In this document: positions 6,262 to 10,978 of the stretch, in pieces
How positions within the stretch are numbered: the stretch's first letter is position 1
How the letters are laid out: each line of letters begins with the position of its first letter
From: a virus
Strand: one strand, 5' to 3'
Length of the DNA: 10,978 bases
IMG/VR virus record: IMGVR_UViG_3300045988_106092
Notes under the pieces: model-generated
Seen by the model: the letters and a program-made list of their open reading frames with translations, nothing else
Told to the model about the DNA's origin: nothing
Databases searched by the model: none
Program-made: the position numbers and the translations under genes

Positions 6262-7307
6262 CAAAAATATTTTTTGAACAGTATTTCACACAAATATTGT
6301 TCAAACACTATGTGCCCAAGCATATACTGTTGATAAAGCCAGTGAAACCCCGTTCGGAATCTTTGCAGATTCACCGGCCCCGCTCCATAACGGGGAGGGC
6401 TTCCAGTAGTGTGTGTGGATACATAATAAAGACCACCTTCGGATTTATGCTTATAAATGCAGATTTCGCCCACCTGCACAATGGGGTTAAATTCCCTCAA
6501 CGGCATATTATGGACACGGCTATGCTCGTCCCCAGAAAAGCGGTTATCCAAGGCCATTTCCGTAAACTCAGTTCCTCCAGTTAGACGGTAAAGGGCTGTG
6601 TTCCGCTTCTTGTTTCCGATGGGGGATTTCTGTAGGATAATCAGACAAATACCACGCGTATCATCGATCAACACTTCCCGTCCTTTGCTCATCATCTGCT
6701 CGGCACGGTTCACCAGGCCCAGGGACAGAAAAACTGGATTCCCCAGATCATTAGCGTTAGAAAGGCATAGAAGCCGCGCCGGTGGCCTGCCGTTCAATTC
6801 TCTATTTCTATTGATGGTCTCATAGGCATTAAACAGGGCCGCCGCTTCATCCTTCAGGGGCCGTTCGTGGCTCTCCGGGATGAACTCATCATAGACGATC
6901 AAATCCACATCAGAAGCGTCAAAGCCCCGCATATTGGATATAGTAGACAGGGCCGCCGTATATCCGATGCAAGGACCTTTTGGTATAGGGTTCCCGTCCT
7001 CGCCCCGGTCCGCCTCATAAAATCCCGCTGTATACTTAGACAGGGGCCGGGAGGCCGTCAAAAAGTCGTGATCCCTATCAATACTTTTGAATGGGCTATA
7101 CTCCGGTTTATTCACAAGATCCACCTGGGACTGCAAGCGCCGCAACAGCATAAAGCGCCGCCCCTCCATAATTGATCGTTCCCTGGCTCGCTTCAATGCA
7201 CCATAGGTTTTACCGGTGCCTCGGCCTCCCACCACAAAGATAAAAGGCTGCCCACAGGCAAGAATCCCATCAATATCCAGCCATCCTTCCGGGGTGTATA
7301 GGTTAAT
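6258..7307 (-). CDS. DNA encapsidation (packaging) ATPase, phi29 gp16-like (349 aa if started at ATT 7307)
   Basis: Walker A is VVGGRGTGKTYGA and Walker B is DLIVYDEF. LCLSNAND and GTEFTEMALDNRFSGD match phi29 gp16 ICLSNA and GTEYGEMSLDNQFIGD from memory. The track's GTG start (7235) would cut off the beta-strand preceding the P-loop. The frame is open back to a TGA at 7316-7314. The only SD-supported initiator is ATT 7307-7305 (AAGGAGGTGA, 9 nt after GGAGG). Confidence 0.9.
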   Translation of the reverse strand: MNLYTPEGWLDIDGILACGQPFIFVVGGRGTGKTYGALKRARERSIMEGRRFMLLRRLQSQVDLVNKPEYSPFKSIDRDHDFLTASRPLSKYTAGFYEADRGEDGNPIPKGPCIGYTAALSTISNMRGFDASDVDLIVYDEFIPESHERPLKDEAAALFNAYETINRNRELNGRPPARLLCLSNANDLGNPVFLSLGLVNRAEQMMSKGREVLIDDTRGICLIILQKSPIGNKKRNTALYRLTGGTEFTEMALDNRFSGDEHSRVHNMPLREFNPIVQVGEICIYKHKSEGGLYYVSTHTTGSPPRYGAGPVNLQRFRTGFHWLYQQYMLGHIVFEQYLCEILFKKYFC

Positions 7308-7333
7308 AGCTTGTCACCTCCTTATAAAGAGAT

Positions 7334-7347
7334 GGGCCTTGCGGCCC
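7334..7347 (-). terminator. Small hairpin between the early module and the ATPase gene (weak terminator candidate)
   Basis: On the transcribed strand: GGGCC-GCAA-GGCCC (5-bp stem with a GNRA loop), followed by AUCUCUUUAU. It sits between the stop of the SpoVG-like gene and the ATPase SD. The stem is short, so confidence is low. Confidence 0.3.
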
Positions 7348-7352
7348 GTCCC

Positions 7353-7643
7353 TTACTCATCTGCCAAGATATTGCTGACCTTCTCCAGGATATCCTCGGT
7401 TTCTTCTTCATCCAGCGCAAGATAAACGTGGGAATAATATCTCCCATCTTTGCCCTGGCGCTGGGGGAAGGCCACAAAATCACCCTTCTTGCCCTGGATG
7501 ATCCGGCACCCGTAGATGGTGATATCGTCCACATTCAGATCAAAGACGATCCCGCCGTCTTTGAACTCCTTGACCCGCTGCACACTGTAAATATGCTGCA
7601 CACGCTCCCGGGCCTGGTTCTTGGTTCTGTTCAACTTTGCCAT
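7353..7643 (-). CDS. SpoVG-like small nucleic-acid-binding protein (96 aa from ATG 7643)
   Basis: The core FDLNVDDITIYGCRIIQGKKGDFVAFPQRQGKDGRYYSHV aligns with B. subtilis SpoVG [41 protein letters not shown] (from memory). Shared residues are R.I.G..G.FVA.P......DG. ATG 7643 has GAGGT 8 nt upstream, while the track's ATG 7658 has no SD. The gene occupies the slot where phi29 encodes SSB, DBP and its transcription regulator. Confidence 0.55.
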   Translation of the reverse strand: MAKLNRTKNQARERVQHIYSVQRVKEFKDGGIVFDLNVDDITIYGCRIIQGKKGDFVAFPQRQGKDGRYYSHVYLALDEEETEDILEKVSNILADE

Positions 7644-7699
7644 AATTCTGTACCTCATTTCTTCAAAAAATTTATATTAGTCGGGTATGGCGGCCCGGT

Positions 7700-9739
7700 C
7701 TAATCGGTTAATCTGTGTTTCATTTCCAAGAATAACATGGGATTAGCCAAAATGCGTTCATATTCTGCTGTAATGCCCAGGGTATAGGTACTGGGCTTAA
7801 TATAGATATTTGGGCCTATTTCCAGACGGTGCCCGTCTATCATCATGTGATCTGTGGGCGGGTGGTCATTGTAGATGCTTTCGGTGCCTCCGGCCTTGGA
7901 AAAAGTGAACTCTTCTTTGAACGCTTCCAGGCCGCCAGCGGCGTCCAGCTCTGGGCCGCCCCACTTCTTGCTCACACCGGAGATTGTGGCGTGGGTCTTT
8001 CCGTCACCGTAGTCATAGGCATACTTTTTAGCGCCCAGAGTTACAAATCTGCTGTAAGGATTTTCCGCTTCAAATACGCCCATATAGTGCTCGGTGCCGT
8101 GGGGATCTGTGGCGTGAGCGCCGGAGGCTTTACTGTCCTTTTTCCTCTTGGCATTGTAGGCACACCAATCTACTATGCCGATATATTTTACAGAATCGGT
8201 ATCGCAGTACACCGCATTATGGCCCGCAAGATTCAAACCCTCCTGGAGTCTTAACCGTGCCCATGCCGTGATCCATACGCCCCACTGATAACACAAAAAC
8301 GCCCGTTTGGAATGCTTTTCCAGCAGCTCCCCGATATCGTCCCTACGCTCCACGAACTGCTGTGGATCCTCGGCAAGGAAATCAATGGTTTGTTTAACAG
8401 GGTCCTGCGCCATCATACCGTACAAAGAATTAAGCAGATTCTTGCTTTTCTCATAAAACTGCTCTTGCCCCTCCACGCCCTTTAAACAAGTTTTGGTGGT
8501 ATAGTATTCAATGGTAGTAAGCACCAGGGGCCTGGGCAGATATCCATACCAGGTATATAGGGCATCCAAAATTTGGATATCGTCCCATTGGTACTGATCC
8601 CGGATGATACCAAAATCTACATCTGTCACGGTGGTTTCCAGATATTCAGCAGATAAGATTCTGCCATTATCATAGCAGGCCCCGATCACTTCCCTGCACT
8701 TGGCCCCTGACAGATACGGGAAGCCGTCAAATGGGTCTAACATTGTTATACCCCAAACTGCGAAGCGAAACAGAACCGCCCGCCTTTGCCGGATCAATCG
8801 CTCGATCATTTGCAGCGTAGGGGCCTCCAACTCACGAAATCGGCCCATAGGGAATTTACAATTACACAATACATCTGGATAGCTGCTCGACCGGTCAGCG
8901 CTGGACACATTACGAAGGATTTTACCAGAGAAATAGCGGTTAGCGTGTGTGTTTCCTCCCCGGAATGCCTCCCGCAACATACGGTATGTTTCCAAATCCG
9001 GTTGTGAATCACGGACCATTTTACGGCCCGCCATCCGCATTGCCCTTTTTGCATCGCGCCGGACGTAGCCGGTAGAAGTCAATGGAATAGTCTGTAAATT
9101 ATCATGATCCCGGTACATTTCTGCCTGGTACGCCTCCACAAGGCCCAATACATCGTTTTGACAGTATTGCAGCTCACGATCTGTCAAGGGGGTCCAAGGA
9201 TAACGCACTTTGGAATGGTCGAACTCGTCGCTGTCCAATTTCTGATGCTCCACCCCCATTTTCTGTGTGTACTGGTCCAAACTCATGTTGCTATGAAAAT
9301 AGGTGCAGCGATATTCCAGACGCTTGTCATACATGGTGCATTTGAGCACCTTGCGGGATTTCACTGCAAAAACCTCCGCTGGTTTGAAATCGTAGACAGT
9401 GCGGAGAAATTGGAACTCATACGACAAATTATGCACCAGAATCACCAGACTTTGGTCCTCCGGTATGTAACGGAGAAGAGCCCCCACGAAGCCCCGCCAC
9501 TCATCCCAAGTCCTTCCCATCACCGTATACTCAAGGCCAAATTGCCATTGCCAAATATACATAGCGGCTTGTTCTGTGCCCGGTATGGGGCTTGTTTCAA
9601 TATCAAATGCGGTGATGATATCCTTGTATGTCCGGGTCTGTCTGCTGCCGCTATTGCCACGCTTCTTTTTCTGGGCCGGTAGATCATTCAACCATCCAAA
9701 ATCGAATTGCACCGGACTAACGATTATACTTTCTGCCAT
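7700..9739 (-). CDS. Protein-primed family-B DNA polymerase (679 aa from ATG 9739)
   Basis: All canonical motifs are readable. ExoI is AFDIETS, ExoII is HNLSYEFQF and ExoIII is YCQNDVLGL. Motif A is DRSSSYPDV, motif B is KNLLNSLYGMMAQ, motif C is YCDTDSVKY and the KxY motif is GAKKYAY. Each parallels phi29 polymerase (DFETT, HNLKFDGAF, YIKNDIQII, DVNSLYP, KLMLNSLYGKF, YCDTDSI, KTY). ATG 9739 has a GAGGA SD. The track's upstream extension to 9934 overlaps the preceding gene in another frame and is probably not translated. Confidence 0.96.
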   Translation of the reverse strand: MAESIIVSPVQFDFGWLNDLPAQKKKRGNSGSRQTRTYKDIITAFDIETSPIPGTEQAAMYIWQWQFGLEYTVMGRTWDEWRGFVGALLRYIPEDQSLVILVHNLSYEFQFLRTVYDFKPAEVFAVKSRKVLKCTMYDKRLEYRCTYFHSNMSLDQYTQKMGVEHQKLDSDEFDHSKVRYPWTPLTDRELQYCQNDVLGLVEAYQAEMYRDHDNLQTIPLTSTGYVRRDAKRAMRMAGRKMVRDSQPDLETYRMLREAFRGGNTHANRYFSGKILRNVSSADRSSSYPDVLCNCKFPMGRFRELEAPTLQMIERLIRQRRAVLFRFAVWGITMLDPFDGFPYLSGAKCREVIGACYDNGRILSAEYLETTVTDVDFGIIRDQYQWDDIQILDALYTWYGYLPRPLVLTTIEYYTTKTCLKGVEGQEQFYEKSKNLLNSLYGMMAQDPVKQTIDFLAEDPQQFVERRDDIGELLEKHSKRAFLCYQWGVWITAWARLRLQEGLNLAGHNAVYCDTDSVKYIGIVDWCAYNAKRKKDSKASGAHATDPHGTEHYMGVFEAENPYSRFVTLGAKKYAYDYGDGKTHATISGVSKKWGGPELDAAGGLEAFKEEFTFSKAGGTESIYNDHPPTDHMMIDGHRLEIGPNIYIKPSTYTLGITAEYERILANPMLFLEMKHRLTD

Positions 9740-10304
9740 TGTTGCGTCCTCGCTTCTTGGGTGGTGTCGGCATCTCTGATGAATCTGGATCAAAGTTTTT
9801 CCAGTACCATTCAAAATTGCTCTTGATCTGCTCCACCGGGACACCCTGGTCATCTGCACGCCGGAATAACTCCGCAGTTTTCTCCATGTATGGCTGTCCC
9901 ACAAACTCCCGGGAGAACTCCAGGAATCGGGCAAAAGCCGCGTAATTGGATTTTGTAAGCCATGTATAACCCTTCTCGCGCCATGTTGCTATAGCCTTAT
10001 CACGGATCGCGCGTTGTCCAGACACGCTGCCCGCCTCAGCGGTCAGAAAACGGGACACATCAGAAAGAAGATGGACCAATTCACCAATATTTGATACCTG
10101 GGACAGCGGAACATATTTTCCCTTATTATAACGATATGCATTTGAATCTTCAAATTCAGATCCCACGAAGCGCTCCAAGCGCTTTCGGGCCACGGAACGA
10201 AGACGGGAATATTCCCTTCTTAACTCCTTCTCACTATAACCCTCCTGGAGGGCCTGGGGCTGATATGCGGAAATGGGAAAAGTAAATTTTATGTAGCGAG
10301 CCAT
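9717..10304 (-). CDS. Putative terminal (priming) protein (195 aa)
   Basis: It lies immediately upstream of the polymerase gene and overlaps it by 23 nt, matching the phi29 order of gene 3 then gene 2. There is a basic helical N-terminal region (ELRREYSRLRSVARKRLERF) and a basic C-terminal tail (PPKKRGRNNGRKYNR). GGAGGTGG SD and a TAATG overlap with the upstream small ORF. I cannot verify sequence-level homology, so the call is by synteny and because a protein-primed polymerase needs a terminal protein. Confidence 0.45.
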   Translation of the reverse strand: MARYIKFTFPISAYQPQALQEGYSEKELRREYSRLRSVARKRLERFVGSEFEDSNAYRYNKGKYVPLSQVSNIGELVHLLSDVSRFLTAEAGSVSGQRAIRDKAIATWREKGYTWLTKSNYAAFARFLEFSREFVGQPYMEKTAELFRRADDQGVPVEQIKSNFEWYWKNFDPDSSEMPTPPKKRGRNNGRKYNR

Positions 10305-10402
10305 TATTCAACCACCTCCAAATACTCACACCACGGAAAACACACCACATCTGATAATAATGCGGGGCACTCCAGTTCGTCAGGGCAAGTGCAAATTAAC
10401 AT
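10304..10402 (-). CDS. Small Cys-rich early ORF (32 aa), function unknown
   Basis: ATG 10402 has GAGGAGGG 6 nt upstream. Its stop overlaps the next ATG (TAATG). Peptide: MLICTCPDELECPALLSDVVCFPWCEYLEVVE (5 Cys). It is below the length cut-off of the supplied track. Confidence 0.5.
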   Translation of the reverse strand: MLICTCPDELECPALLSDVVCFPWCEYLEVVE

Positions 10403-10425
10403 TCTGAACCCTCCTCATCCACATA

Positions 10426-10605
10426 TCACCTTCTAACCAATAAACCACACCCTGCCAACAATCGCAAAACCATTACACGACATGCGTAACAACTGGGATT
10501 CCAACCACAAGTAGTGCAATCCGCTTTACGATCACACTCCACAAAGCGGTTATATCGGCAACTACACTGAGCATCTTTACGATACACATTAACAGTATCG
10601 CTCAT
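10426..10605 (-). CDS. Small Cys-rich early ORF (59 aa), possible zinc-ribbon-like protein
   Basis: ATG 10605 has GGAGGGG 5 nt upstream and an ATGA overlap with the preceding ORF. Peptide: MSDTVNVYRKDAQCSCRYNRFVECDRKADCTTCGWNPSCYACRVMVLRLLAGCGLLVRR. It has 8 Cys, including CxC and two CxxC pairs, and a hydrophobic/basic C-terminus. Confidence 0.55.
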   Translation of the reverse strand: MSDTVNVYRKDAQCSCRYNRFVECDRKADCTTCGWNPSCYACRVMVLRLLAGCGLLVRR

Positions 10606-10697
10606 TTTAACCCCTCCAATTCCTCTAAAAATTTCATAAAGATAGTGGAAAATGCACCCGCACCCATAATGATAAGGATATATGATATTGTTGTCAT
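10602..10697 (-). CDS. Small single-TM early ORF (31 aa), function unknown
   Basis: ATG 10697 has AAGGAGGG 6 nt upstream. Peptide: MTTISYILIIMGAGAFSTIFMKFLEELEGLK, with one hydrophobic helix and an acidic tail. It is the first ORF of the minus-strand gene train. Confidence 0.45.
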   Translation of the reverse strand: MTTISYILIIMGAGAFSTIFMKFLEELEGLK

Positions 10698-10723
10698 TGT
10701 ATTCCCTCCTTGATTCATTGTAT

Positions 10724-10771
10724 ATATTACACCATCCGCTCTGATATTACACCATCCGCTCTGATATTACA
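10724..10771. repeat. Tandem direct repeat, 20-bp unit x about 2.3 (ATTACACCATCCGCTCTGAT)
   Basis: Units at 10726-10745 and 10746-10765 are identical, and a partial third copy follows (10766-10771). The repeat lies 27-74 nt upstream of the first early ORF. On the transcribed strand each unit reads TGTAATATCAGAGCGGATGG and contains a -10-like TAATAT. Confidence 0.9.
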
Positions 10772-10879
10772 AATACCAAACACTAATGAAAATTCAACTA
10801 ACATAAGTTAAACTAATACCGTGCTCGCATCCAGGGCACAGCCCTACTTTAATCCGCTAAAGTGTCCACGAGTGACGGA

Positions 10880-10978
10880 CATTTTATAATGTGTCCGCAA
10901 ACGGGCAACAAGCGGTGGATATTGCCCGAACTTACTACCAAGCGCGAGTAGATGGTAGGCGCTTCGCGTATGGGAAAA
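10880..10978. repeat. Inverted terminal repeat, right copy (99 bp)
   Basis: Exact reverse complement of 1-99. The window ends ...GGGAAAA-3'. Confidence 0.9.
10883..10911 (-). promoter_or_regulatory. Candidate inward-facing promoter inside the right ITR (possible early promoter)
   Basis: On the minus strand: TTGTTG (10911-10906), a 17-nt spacer, then TATAAA (10888-10883). The predicted start is just inside the unique region, reading toward the early genes. It is only a moderate match (3/6 and 5/6). The mirror copy at 68-96 on the plus strand would read antisense into the fibre gene. Confidence 0.3.

Noticed and set aside
7644-7699. AT-rich spacer after the polymerase gene with TAGACC-17-TAATAT, a possible internal promoter
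   Set aside because: The -35 is poor and there is no supporting structure. Read-through from upstream explains expression of the next gene, so it is not reported as a feature.
9740-9934. 65-codon N-terminal extension of the polymerase ORF in the track (MPDSWSS...)
   Set aside because: It overlaps the preceding 195-aa gene in another frame and has no SD. ATG 9739 has one, and it places ExoI at a normal distance from the N-terminus.
10724-10771. Possible CRISPR-like or minisatellite array
   Set aside because: The 20-bp units directly abut one another with no spacers and number only about 2.3 copies, so this is a simple tandem duplication and not a CRISPR array.
10862-10896. Repeated GTGTCC / GGACA half-sites around the right ITR boundary and candidate -10 element
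   Set aside because: Matches of 5-6 nt are expected by chance many times in 11 kb, and the left-end counterpart is imperfect.
1-10978. Search for integrase, repressor, att sites, tRNA, reverse transcriptase/DGR or invertase genes
   Set aside because: No ORF or motif of these types was found on either strand. The element looks strictly lytic, and the window contains no recombinase to support DNA inversion.

Overview
The window looks like a complete or near-complete 10,978-bp linear genome of a very small phi29-like podophage that replicates by protein priming. It is bounded by perfect 99-bp inverted terminal repeats (1-99 and 10880-10978). All 15 genes I can support lie on the minus strand, and nearly all have strong Firmicutes-type Shine-Dalgarno sites (exceptions noted per feature); several adjacent genes have overlapping stop and start codons. 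Reading right to left: a 182-bp non-coding leader containing a 20-bp tandem repeat; three tiny early ORFs absent from the supplied track (31, 59 and 32 aa, two of them Cys-rich); a putative terminal protein; a protein-primed family-B DNA polymerase; a SpoVG-like small nucleic-acid-binding protein; a gp16-like packaging ATPase that seems to start at ATT; a near-consensus promoter followed by a 76-nt 5' stem-loop; a TcdE-type holin; an Amidase_3 endolysin; a scaffold protein; the major capsid protein; a strong GC hairpin terminator; a gp9-like tail knob (TTG start); a gp10-like portal; a putative lower collar; and a tail-fibre gene. The fibre ORF is also absent from the track. It reads through the left ITR and off the end of the sequence with no stop codon, which I consider the most unusual observation. 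I found no tRNA, rRNA, CRISPR array, integrase or lysogeny module. Functional calls rest on motifs read by eye, gene order, and my recollection of phi29 and SpoVG sequences. No database search was run. CDS coordinates include the stop codon, as in the supplied track.
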